The translations under genes were made by a program, and so were the position numbers. A DNA stretch of 15,599 nucleotides from Planctomycetota bacterium. GTDB lineage: Bacteria > Planctomycetota > UBA8108 > UBA1146. The stretch covers positions 1 to 15,599 of the forward strand of contig JAYZBV010000055.1 of assembly GCA_036338595.1 (NCBI GenBank), in the 5' to 3' direction. A model generated the notes under the pieces. The model had not been told where the DNA came from and searched no databases. It worked only from the letters and a program-made list of their open reading frames with translations. Below are positions 1 through 8,500 of the stretch, piece by piece; the stretch's first letter is position 1, and each line of letters starts with the position of its first letter.

Positions 1-504
1 TTCGTGCTGCCGGAGCCGCCACCGCCGGTTGTGGTGCCGCCACTGATCGCCGCCCCACAACCGGGCGGGGTCGCGCCCGCTGCCACCAGCGAGAACACGG
101 CCCACCCACCCGCGGATCCCGACGCAGCAGCAGATCCTGCACCCGAGCCTGCGGTGGAACCTGTACTCGAGCCTGCGGTGGAACCGACGCCCGAGCCTGA
201 GCCTGCGCCGGAATCGGCGCCCGAGCCTGAGCCTGCGCCTGCGCCGGAATCGGCGCCCGAGCCTGCGGTGGAACTAGCACCCGAGCCTGCGGTGGAACCG
301 GCGCCCGAGCCTGCGGTGGAACCAGCACCCGAGCCTGCGGTGGAACCGGCGCCCGAACCTGCGGTGGAACCGGCGCCCGAACCTGCTGTGGAACCGGCGC
401 CCGAACCTGCGCCGGAACCGGCGCCCGAACCTGCGCCGGAACCGGCCGAGAGTCCCGACGACCTGGGACCTCCGCCGCCCGATGACGGTGGTGGTCGGTT
501 CTGA
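1..504 (+). CDS. 3' end of a gene entering from the left edge; C-terminal Pro/Glu/Ala-rich low-complexity tail (identity not determinable; lspA or lgt are candidates from position upstream of rluD)
   Basis: Frame is open from base 1 (F-V-L-P-E-P...) to TGA at 502-504. The repeat units are multiples of 3 and keep the frame. The 3' end overlaps the predicted start of the next gene. Confidence 0.7.
   Translation, partial: FVLPEPPPPVVVPPLIAAPQPGGVAPAATSENTAHPPADPDAAADPAPEPAVEPVLEPAVEPTPEPEPAPESAPEPEPAPAPESAPEPAVELAPEPAVEPAPEPAVEPAPEPAVEPAPEPAVEPAPEPAVEPAPEPAPEPAPEPAPEPAESPDDLGPPPPDDGGGRF
133..447 (+). repeat. Coding tandem repeat: 12-bp E-P-A-[V/P] modules, with a core of six 24-bp units (EPAVEPAP) at 259-402
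   Basis: Units such as gagcctgcggtggaaccggcgccc are repeated with mostly synonymous variation, followed by EPAP x3 at 403-438. Confidence 0.95.
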
Positions 505-1507
505 AGGGCCACCCGGGCCCTCTCAAGACGAGCCGCAGCTGATACACGTCGAGCCTTCCGATGTCGGCGAACGACTGGATCGTTGGCTGTCACAGCAGAT
601 TCCCGAGCACTCCCGTTCCGCCATTCGACGCTTCATCGATGAAGGTCGAGTCACCATCGGTGCCAAGCGATGCCGAGCTTCTCACAAGATGCTCCTCTCG
701 GAAGTGGTGCTGTTCGATCCTCCTCCCATCCCTTCGGTGATCCCACTGCCCGAAGATCACCAACTCGATGTGCTGCACCAGGATGAGGAACTGATCGTGA
801 TTTCCAAGGTCGCAGGAATGATCGTTCATCCGGCGCCCGGAGCGGCCCCCGAGGGAACTCTCGTCAACGCACTTCTCGGACATACGGAAAAACTGTCCTC
901 GGTAGGCGATCCAGGGCGTCCAGGCATCGTCCACCGACTCGACCGCGAGACTTCAGGCGTGATGGTGATTGCACGGACCGATGCAGTACATCGTGAATTG
1001 TCGCGACAGTTTCACGACAGGGAAGTTTCGAAGGAATATCTGGCGCTCTCGCATGGCACACCGACCACGACCACAGGAGAGATCGACCTGCCGCTGGCAA
1101 GATCCTTGACCGACCCGAAGAAACGTGTGGTGAGACATGATCAGCAGGCGCGTGATTCCTTCACTGCATGGAAACTGGTGCGAAAACTAGGAGATGGCCC
1201 GGAAGGGAGCGCTTGCTGGTTTCATTGTTTCCCCCGCACGGGAAGAACCCATCAGATCAGGGTTCACTTACGTGCCATCGGCCATCCGATCCTGTGTGAC
1301 TTCCTGTACGGCCGAGAATCTAGCCTCGAACTGTCCCGGTGGGACGGCGATGCACCCCCCGCAAGGCTCCAGCGCCACGCATTACACGCCTGGCGCCTCC
1401 ACTTCCGACATCCGGGAAGCCAGCAACTGTTACAATTCGAGGCCCCACTCCCTGCTGACCTGAAACCGTGGTGGGAGTCAGCAAGGCCTCTCGATATCGC
1501 CCAGTAA
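482..1507 (+). CDS. rluD: RluA-family 23S rRNA pseudouridine synthase (RluD-like, with N-terminal S4 domain)
   Basis: S4-like 'RLDRWLS..SRS.IRRFI..GRV', 'KVAGMIVHP', catalytic '[12 protein letters not shown]', '[10 protein letters not shown]...GHPILCD..YG', 'ALHA..L.F.HP'. Exact start uncertain. Confidence 0.93.
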   Translation: MTVVVGSEGPPGPSQDEPQLIHVEPSDVGERLDRWLSQQIPEHSRSAIRRFIDEGRVTIGAKRCRASHKMLLSEVVLFDPPPIPSVIPLPEDHQLDVLHQDEELIVISKVAGMIVHPAPGAAPEGTLVNALLGHTEKLSSVGDPGRPGIVHRLDRETSGVMVIARTDAVHRELSRQFHDREVSKEYLALSHGTPTTTTGEIDLPLARSLTDPKKRVVRHDQQARDSFTAWKLVRKLGDGPEGSACWFHCFPRTGRTHQIRVHLRAIGHPILCDFLYGRESSLELSRWDGDAPPARLQRHALHAWRLHFRHPGSQQLLQFEAPLPADLKPWWESARPLDIAQ

Positions 1508-1523
1508 CAAGACTGCGGTAAGA

Positions 1524-1552
1524 TTGCAGCATCGTCTCGAAAACGCTAAGGT
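1524..1552 (+). promoter_or_regulatory. Putative sigma70-type promoter for the cNMP-binding gene and rsmD
   Basis: TTGCAG (1524-1529), 17-bp spacer, TAAGGT (1547-1552) in the intergenic gap. Confidence 0.35.
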
Positions 1553-1621
1553 GTGGATTCTTGGAGGCTTTTCGATCCGGGATCATCCGGATTTCAGGGT
1601 CACCGATGAGGGAGTTGAAAC

Positions 1622-2059
1622 TTGAGCGAATACGTCGAATCCTTCCAGAAAGTACCCCTGTTCGAAGGACTCTCCCCCTCCGAGATCGCGGATTTACTGC
1701 GCATCTCGGAAGATATCTCGGCCAAGAAGAGCGACACGGTTGTGCTGCAAGACACACCCGGAGACGGGTTCTACATCATCGGAGCGGGCGCTTTCGAGGT
1801 CCTCAAGTCTGGCAATCGAAATGAGGTTCTCGGACGTCTGGAGGAACTCTCTTTCTTCGGTGAGATGTCGCTGATCAGCAGCGATGTGCGCAGTGCGACC
1901 GTGATGTGCGTGGAGGATGGTCGCCTCAAGAAGATCCCTGCCGAGCCCTTTCGGCAACTGCTCGAAGAGGGCGACATGGTCGCCTACAAGGTGATCCTCA
2001 ACATGGCCCGCATCCTGGCCCAGAGACTCGCGGCATCTGACGACCGCCTCGTCTCCTGA
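1622..2059 (+). CDS. Stand-alone cyclic nucleotide-binding domain protein (Crp-type cNMP domain, no HTH)
   Basis: 'VPLFEGLS..E', 'QDTPGDGFYII.AG', phosphate-binding cassette 'FFGEMSL....RSATV', C-helix 'ILAQRL'. TTG start preceded by SD GAGGGAG. Confidence 0.9.
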   Translation: MSEYVESFQKVPLFEGLSPSEIADLLRISEDISAKKSDTVVLQDTPGDGFYIIGAGAFEVLKSGNRNEVLGRLEELSFFGEMSLISSDVRSATVMCVEDGRLKKIPAEPFRQLLEEGDMVAYKVILNMARILAQRLAASDDRLVS

Positions 2060-2077
2060 TCGACTGGAAGCACGGCT

Positions 2078-2677
2078 TTGGCTCCTTCCGGCTCGCTTCG
2101 AATCGCCAGCGGCCTGCTGCGCGGACGAAAGATAGATGTCCCCGCAGGCTCGATAGTCCGCCCGATGAGAACCCGCGTCAGAGAGTCCCTCTTCAACATC
2201 ATCCATGAACAGCTGGACGGGGCGCGTGTCCTCGATGTGTTTGCGGGATCGGGGGCACTGGGAATAGAGGCAGTCTCGCGGGGAGCTCTCCAGACAGTCC
2301 ATGTCGAGAAGGATCGCATGGTGCTCGCTCTGCTTCGAAAAAACCTGGGGGCTCTGGGTATCCAGGCGCAGTGCAAGGTGCTCGAACAGGATGCGTATCG
2401 CCTGCCAGCCCGGCCAGCAGTCGGTGGAGGATTCGATGTGATCCTGCTCGATCCCCCCTTCCCTGATTATTCCCGCCCGGGATCGATTCCGTGGCGACTG
2501 GCCATCGATCTCGCTGGAGGAGATTGGCTGCAGCCCGGTGGCGTGCTCGCCATCGAGCACCCGTCCCGCGAAGAAGCGGCCGCTCCTCCGCCGGGCCTTG
2601 ATGCCGATCAGGGTCGCCGCTACGGAGACACCCGACTCACCATCTGGAAGAAGCAGGGTGTCGATCAGCCTTCATAG
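2078..2677 (+). CDS. rsmD: 16S rRNA (guanine(966)-N2)-methyltransferase RsmD
   Basis: 'LRIASG..RGRK', 'RP..RVRESLFN', SAM-binding 'LDVFAGSGALGIEAVSRGA', 'LDPPF', 'RRYGDT'. Confidence 0.93.
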   Translation: MAPSGSLRIASGLLRGRKIDVPAGSIVRPMRTRVRESLFNIIHEQLDGARVLDVFAGSGALGIEAVSRGALQTVHVEKDRMVLALLRKNLGALGIQAQCKVLEQDAYRLPARPAVGGGFDVILLDPPFPDYSRPGSIPWRLAIDLAGGDWLQPGGVLAIEHPSREEAAAPPPGLDADQGRRYGDTRLTIWKKQGVDQPS

Positions 2678-3708
2678 CTGAGATCGATCTCGTGGGCACG
2701 GTCCAGGAATCCCGCCAGCAGTGCCACCGTCGCTTCCAGATCCCTGGCATCGATGGTCTCGACCACGGTGTGGACATAGCGGCAGGGAACCGACAGTGTG
2801 ATCGCTGGTACAGCGCTACCCCCACGCTGGATCCCACCTGCGTCGGTTCCACCCATCGTCAAGATCTCCATCTGAAATGGGATCTTCTGCTCGCGGGCGA
2901 TTTCTCGCATCGCCTTGACCATCTTCGGGTTCGAGATGCTGGACGAATCGTGGATCTTGATCGCAACCCCATCTCCGAGGCTTGTGATCTTTTCATGTTC
3001 ACTGGCTCCGGGAGTGTCGCAGGCGAGCGTCACATCGATGGCCACCCCACAGTCGGGCGCTATTCGATGGGATGCTGTCATCGCACCTCGCAGCCCGATC
3101 TCTTCCTGGGTAGTCGCCACCGCATAGACGCTGACATTTTCATTGGAGTATCGACGGACTGCCTCGATCAGCGTGTAGATCGATACACGGTTATCGAGAC
3201 TCTTTCCGCTGCAACGATCACCGTTGACCTGGAACGGCTGCTGGAGCGTCACCGGATCGCCGATCTCGATGCGAGCACGAGCATCATCTGCAGACAGACT
3301 CACATCGACAAACAACTCCGGCACAGTGGGCATCTTCTTGCGATCTTCAGGCGTCATGATATGAATCGGCTTCGACCCGACCATTCCTGTGATCTCTTCG
3401 TTGGCGCTGGTGATGATGGTGACTCGCTTGGCAATCAGGGTCTTTGGATCGAATCCACCCAGCGGTGACAGACGGATGAAGCCCTTGTCGTCGATATGTT
3501 TGACCACGAACCCGATCTCATCCATGTGGCCGGCTAGCATCACCTTGGGAGACCCTGGCTTCCCTTCCTTGATGGCGATGCAATTGCCGATTCCATCGAC
3601 CTCGATCCGGTCGACGTGTGGCTCGATCTCACGACGGAAGATGGCCCGGATACGATCCTCGAATCCCGGTGCTCCGTATGCCTCACACAGTTCCTTCAGA
3701 AGCTTCAT
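2665..3708 (-). CDS. M42 family metallo-aminopeptidase (TET/FrvX-like)
   Basis: 'GAPGFE', 'GHMDEIG', 'LGGFD', 'KSLDNR', 'QEEIGLRGA', 'DVT', 'GGTDAG', 'RYVH'. Start moved from 3732 to the ATG at 3708 (MKLLKEL), which has a purine-rich SD (AGAGGGG). Confidence 0.93.
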   Translation of the reverse strand: MKLLKELCEAYGAPGFEDRIRAIFRREIEPHVDRIEVDGIGNCIAIKEGKPGSPKVMLAGHMDEIGFVVKHIDDKGFIRLSPLGGFDPKTLIAKRVTIITSANEEITGMVGSKPIHIMTPEDRKKMPTVPELFVDVSLSADDARARIEIGDPVTLQQPFQVNGDRCSGKSLDNRVSIYTLIEAVRRYSNENVSVYAVATTQEEIGLRGAMTASHRIAPDCGVAIDVTLACDTPGASEHEKITSLGDGVAIKIHDSSSISNPKMVKAMREIAREQKIPFQMEILTMGGTDAGGIQRGGSAVPAITLSVPCRYVHTVVETIDARDLEATVALLAGFLDRAHEIDLSYEG

Positions 3709-3820
3709 CCAGTCGCCCCTCTTTCGATTCATCGCGCGTCATGCGATTCGGTTGGCGGTTCCCATAACGATCTCGTCCATCGATCAGAATCCAGATCCTT
3801 ACCGCCAGAGACTCTTCTCG

Positions 3821-4183
3821 TCAAGGGAAGGACCCTGGAGGATCCCCATCGCTGGTCTCATCGGCCAGACGACTGAGATTGACCGAGCCTGCCCGCTCGG
3901 GCGTTCCATCGGGAAGAACCACCCTCCAGCGTTCAGCAACCAGGTGATGCTGCCTGGAGAAGGGGTGCGGGCGGGGATGTCTGAGAATCTGAAATGTGAA
4001 GGCGATGATCTCATCGTCTTGAATCTCGATATCCACGACATCACACCGACCCAGGTGGTGCTGGCGAAGGGAGGTGCCGGCGAGACGCGCAGGTTGCTCG
4101 AACAGCCTCCTGAGATGGGACCGGGCCCTGGACCGAAGCCTCCAGCGATTCCACCAGCAACCAGCCCTCTTCAGCAGGCTCAA
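3821..4183 (-). CDS. Hypothetical protein (120 aa, Arg/His-rich)
   Basis: The TTG start overlaps the rhomboid TGA stop (TTGA, 4183-4180), consistent with translational coupling. It fills the gap in a co-oriented gene run. No family recognised. Confidence 0.6.
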   Translation of the reverse strand: MSLLKRAGCWWNRWRLRSRARSHLRRLFEQPARLAGTSLRQHHLGRCDVVDIEIQDDEIIAFTFQILRHPRPHPFSRQHHLVAERWRVVLPDGTPERAGSVNLSRLADETSDGDPPGSFP

Positions 4184-5052
4184 GAGGAATCTCGCCTCTT
4201 CCTGCTGATCCGATTCAGATCGTCGCGTTCCTCATCGCTGAGGGCATCGATTCCTTCCCTGCTGACCTTGGTCAGCAGGTGATCGAGGCGCTCCTCCTCT
4301 CTGAGGTCGCGGCCATCGGGAGATGGAGTCGGATAATAATCTGCCGGTTTCCGTCGTCCCTGACCACGAACCGAGGAGCTCGAATCATTACTGCGAGTGT
4401 TAGAGGACGAAAAATTGATGAACCGAGGAACGATCATCAAGACGAATAACCCGAACAGGATCCCTCCGAGGTGTGCGGCGTGACCGATCCCGGTGTTGCC
4501 CCCATTGATCTGGGTGAGCAACCCCTTCAGGTCGAAGAAGGCAAATGCAGCGACGATGAGCCATGCAGGAGCTGGCAGGATTCCCCAGATCAAGATGACG
4601 TTCTTCGGATAATAGATGGCATATGCAGTGGTGATGGCACACACCGCGCCGGAGGCACCGAGCCCCGGCAAGTCTCTCACCCCCCAGAGTGGCATCGATG
4701 CCATCAGGAACGAAGAAAAGACTGCTGAACCGAGATAGAAGTAGAGAAAACGTCGCTTCCCCCACCGCGCCTCAAGCACGGGAGCAAAGGAGAGAAATAC
4801 GAGCATGTTGATGAAGAAGTGAAACAATTCGTAGTGAGAAAAAGCAGCCGTCAGAAGGGTCCAGATCTTTCCGGAGGTGACCGCATGCCAGCTGACCATG
4901 AACTGACTTCTCATTAATTCCTGCGGCAACAGATACCAGGCAATGAAGACGGAAAGATTGAGGACGATGATCATCTTCACCGCGCTCATCTGGCGGATCA
5001 TGTTGCCGGTACTGCCTGCACCCTGCATGTAGTCGCGATCGAAGATCCCCAA
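4180..5052 (-). CDS. Rhomboid family intramembrane serine protease with C-terminal DUF6576-like domain
   Basis: Multiple TM segments, 'FSHYELFHFFINM', catalytic 'GASG' and 'HAAHLGG'. Tail 'EERLDHLLTKVSREGIDALSDEERDDL' resembles DUF6576. SD AGGAAGGG precedes the TTG start. Confidence 0.93.
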   Translation of the reverse strand: MGIFDRDYMQGAGSTGNMIRQMSAVKMIIVLNLSVFIAWYLLPQELMRSQFMVSWHAVTSGKIWTLLTAAFSHYELFHFFINMLVFLSFAPVLEARWGKRRFLYFYLGSAVFSSFLMASMPLWGVRDLPGLGASGAVCAITTAYAIYYPKNVILIWGILPAPAWLIVAAFAFFDLKGLLTQINGGNTGIGHAAHLGGILFGLFVLMIVPRFINFSSSNTRSNDSSSSVRGQGRRKPADYYPTPSPDGRDLREEERLDHLLTKVSREGIDALSDEERDDLNRISRKRRDSS

Positions 5053-5065
5053 GTTGGCCCTTCCT

Positions 5066-5413
5066 TCAGGATTCCAGAACTTCCGAGTACGCCTCGTGGT
5101 GGAACCCCACGATGAGTGTCTTACCGATCTTCAGCGTCGGAGCTCTCAGGTTGCCGCTGGGTCCGACGATTCCCTTCACGAGGACATCGTCATCGGGAGC
5201 ATCCTTCTTCATATCGTAATCGACAATCTTCTTCCCCCGTGCAACCAGCACTCGATGGGCCGCCCGTGCCAGCGAGATCGCCTCGTCGGCATCGATGCGC
5301 GACTTCTTTGCATCGACACGTTGCCTGCAGGCGGGGTCATCTCCCAGGAACTCCTGGGCTCGTTTGCAGGATGTTCAGCCGTTGCGATGATACCACCAGT
5401 CGATCTTCTTCAT
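5066..5413 (-). CDS. ArsC/Spx-like thioredoxin-fold selenoprotein, 115 aa, Sec at codon 13 (UxxC)
   Basis: SD GGAGG (5423-5419) then ATG at 5413. Translation is MKKIDWWYHRNG-TGA(5377-5375)-TSCKRAQEFLG...RVLVARGKK...GPSGNLRAPTLKIGKTLIVGF..., in frame with the listed 61-aa ORF 5066..5251. A SECIS-like hairpin lies just downstream of the TGA. Confidence 0.9.
5338..5373 (-). promoter_or_regulatory. Bacterial SECIS-like stem-loop
   Basis: After the UGA come 16 nt and then CCCAGG-AGUU-CCUGGG (5358-5343). The apical loop is 22 nt from the UGA with G then U in loop positions 2-3. A lower stem CAUC/GAUG is possible (5373-5370 with 5341-5338). Confidence 0.8.
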
Positions 5414-5469
5414 CGGATCCTCCAGAAACATCTCCCCGGTGAGCAGCGACAGTGCGTAGGGGCCGTCTC

Positions 5470-5498
5470 ATTTTACCCGACCCGGCAACGGCACCCAA
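5470..5498 (-). promoter_or_regulatory. Putative sigma70-type promoter for the selenoprotein-rhomboid unit
   Basis: TTGGGT (5498-5493), 17-bp spacer, TAAAAT (5475-5470), 56 nt upstream of the ATG at 5413. Confidence 0.45.
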
Positions 5499-5579
5499 GG
5501 GCGACCAGACGATCTGTGTGGGGAAGATTCGATGGATGCGACACTCACGCCATGAGCGGCCACCCATTTGCATTTCTCG

Positions 5580-8500
5580 TCAGGAGCCTGCCGAGACCTG
5601 GTTGTTCCTGGGCAGGAGTAATCCCAGTAGACCGGCATGGGTCTCCAGCAACGTCTTTCCCCGGCCGCTGGAGAGGGTTGCCGGTTCAGGATCGGCGAGA
5701 TAGGCGACCGCTCGAACCGCTCCATCGGCACGGAGCGGAATCACTGCCAGGCTCTGGACTCCCGAAATGTAGAGTTCCTCCATCGCTTGCACCCTCGGCT
5801 CATCGACAATCCGTGCCGCGAGAATCGATTTTCCACTTTCCCAGACATCCTCGACTGCGGCGAGCGCAAGACGTTCGTGGAATCCCTTGAGCGGTGCTCC
5901 AGCAGAATCCGCGGCACAGATGACCCGCACCTCGTCCCCGCGTCGGACCAGAACCCAGCCCTGGCTGGCTCCAGCGGCGCGTACCATGCAAGCGAGCGCT
6001 TTCGGGATCAGAACCCTCGGCAAGGAGGCAGAAGCGGCCTCTGTCAGAAGTGAAGCGACTCGCAACATCTCCTCGGAATGAGATTCGGGGTCACTCACCT
6101 CGACCTCACCGCCCTTTGCTGAATCGCGCTGGATCGGATCGGAGACAGGTTCCTCGGATGGGATCTCCCGTGCGGTTCCTTCACCTGCAGGCCCCTCGCC
6201 GATGTGGTTGCTGGTCAGGTAATGATCCCTCAACGCATGGGGCAGTCTCTCTGCAAAGGCCTGGTGCAAGTCATCCGCCTCCTGGTAGCAGCGACGAGAT
6301 TCTTCCAGATTCCTCGATTCGATGTGAAGTTCCGCTTGCTCCAGGAGTGCTGCGGCGCGAAGCGGTCGATCCCCACAGTCTCGCCCCGAATTTTCAGCCT
6401 CTGCCAGAAGTTCGAGCGCGGTCGCGCTGTCGCCACCGTTCTTCCTGAGCCAGCGCGCTCTCAGCAGACGAGCCTTACCCTCGAACCCGACATGAGAAAG
6501 GTCAGCGAGCACCGTCGTGGCGCGCTCCAGTTCCTCATCGGCGCGAGAGGATTCCCCCCCCTCGATGTGCAGTTCTGCCAGTTCCAGCAGGCATTCGACC
6601 AGACCGATCCCGGTTCCGGCACGCGCGTGGACTCCCAGCGCACGGAGAAGATCGCCTTCTGCTCCGCGGCGATCCGCCCTGAAACGACGGATGCGTCCGC
6701 GGGCCAGGTGGTTTCTGACTCCCAGGAATCTCATTCTCTGATCCTGGCTGATCTCCAGTGAAGCCTCGATTCTCTGCTCGGCGGCATCCAGGTCACCGCA
6801 GATGAGCAACACCTCGGCTTCTCTGTGCAAAGCGATGGCCCTGCCGGAGAGGTCTCCCACCTCATCCGCCATCTCCATCGCCTGCTGCGCCAGCTCCAGA
6901 GCCTCGATCGGCTCTCCTGCTGCCAGATACGCCTCGGATAGGGAATTGAGAGAACTGATCATGGCGGGCACATCGCCGAGGTCCTCGCGAATTTCCATCG
7001 CCCGGCGATGAAAATCTCTCGCCTGGTCCACTTCACCTCGGCAAAGAGAAGCGCTTCCGATGCAACTGAAGAAGATGGCGTGCTCTGCGGATTTTTCTTC
7101 ATCGCCTGCGAGGGAAAGTCCCTCTCCGCTGATCTTCATCGCACGGTCATAATCGCCGATACAAACCTGAAGCCATGCCAGTTGGCTGAGCACTCGAAGT
7201 TGCTCACCATCACGATCGCCACCTTCGAGACGCGAAACCACCTCGGACGCCTCGCGTACCAGGCGAAGTGCTCCCGGGTAGTCACCGCGAATCTCATCGA
7301 TCTTACCTAGCTTTCTCAGCGCTCGAACCCGACACAGATCCAGTTCGACCGTCAACGCTTCCGGCTCGATCCGGGTCTCCTGGATGATCTCCAGTGATGA
7401 CTGCGCCAGGTCCAGTTCCCCGACCACGGTTGCTGCATCCCCGATCCGTTCATGGATGGCAAACCAGTCGACGACACGTTCTTCTCTCTGCTCGATCTGG
7501 AGCAAGGCTCCTCGGTAGTGCTCAAGAGCCTTCGAGTGGGCGTGCATCTCCTTCATCGCATCTCCTGCAGCCAGAAGGTGCTCCAGTGCACGTTCTGGAT
7601 GATCGGAGAGTTGGTAATGATGCGAAAGTTCTTCCCTGACGGGATCGAGATCTTCGTGGTGATGCTGCTCGATCGCATCGGCTAGCATTCCGTGCAACCT
7701 GCGCCCCTCACTGGGGGGGATGTCTCTGCTGACGATCTCTCGCAACTTCGGCTGCTGGATCGAGTAGACCGGCCTGCCTCCCTCGAGAGATCTACCGATC
7801 ATCCCTCTCTCCTCCAGCTCCCTGATCTGCTGGCGGAGGCCTTCTCCCAGACCGTCAATCGCCTCGATCAGTCGCAACGGCACCGGTCGACCATGCAAGG
7901 AGATCAAGCGCAAGATGCTCCGCGATTCCTCGCTGATCACCTTCACCCTGCGATGTAGAACCTGATGAATCCCTGCGGGAAGTTCGACACGGGCCAGATC
8001 TCCCCCGCCTCGGATGCTCCACGCCTCACCCTGACGCTGGATGATGCCTTCCTCCTGAAGGACCTTCAGCATCTCGACGATGAAGAGTGGATTGCCACCG
8101 GTTCGTTCCTCTAGCCGGTCGAGAAATGTCGATGGAATCTCCTCGACTTGCAGCACATGGTGGATCAACTCGGTGATCTGGGTCCTGCCGAACCGCTTCA
8201 ATTTCAGGTCGTCCACCACAGATGATTCCCGAACTCCATCCAGGAATTCTGTAGTGACCGCTGAACGCTTCTCGTCATCTCGAATCGTGACTACGATGAA
8301 GATGCGTCCGCAACTTCCATCGCGTTGCAGCCTCTGCATCAGGCGCGATAGCAAGGCGATGCTCGGATCGTCTGCCCAGTGAAGATTATTGAGCACCAGC
8401 ACACAGGGATGGATCGCCGAGGCCTCCTCGAGAAACGCTGCAATCCGGTCCATGAAACGGACACGATCCCGATCGGGGCGATCTCCGCTCTCCTGAACAA

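Noticed and set aside
133..447. Tandem repeats as a CRISPR array
   Set aside because: There are no unique spacers; units are contiguous, multiples of 3 and vary mostly at synonymous positions. No cas genes are in the window.
1583..1612. Second sigma28-like motif (TCAT-N15-ACCGATGA) before the cNMP gene
   Set aside because: The -35 is weak and the -10 abuts the SD, so the transcript would lose its ribosome-binding site.
1694..2560. 288-aa minus-strand ORF
   Set aside because: Antisense to the well-supported cNMP-binding and rsmD genes.
3389..4282. 297-aa plus-strand ORF
   Set aside because: Antisense to M42, the hypothetical gene and the rhomboid; its composition is typical of shadow ORFs in GC-rich DNA.
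5066..5251. 61-aa ORF as a complete gene, or the locus as a nonsense pseudogene
   Set aside because: It lacks the N-terminal redox motif and a good SD. The upstream in-frame ATG with GGAGG, the TGA sitting exactly at a catalytic Cys position and the SECIS-like hairpin favour a selenoprotein.
5054..5890. 278-aa plus-strand ORF
   Set aside because: Antisense shadow of the selenoprotein and the kinase 3' end, with no recognisable motifs.
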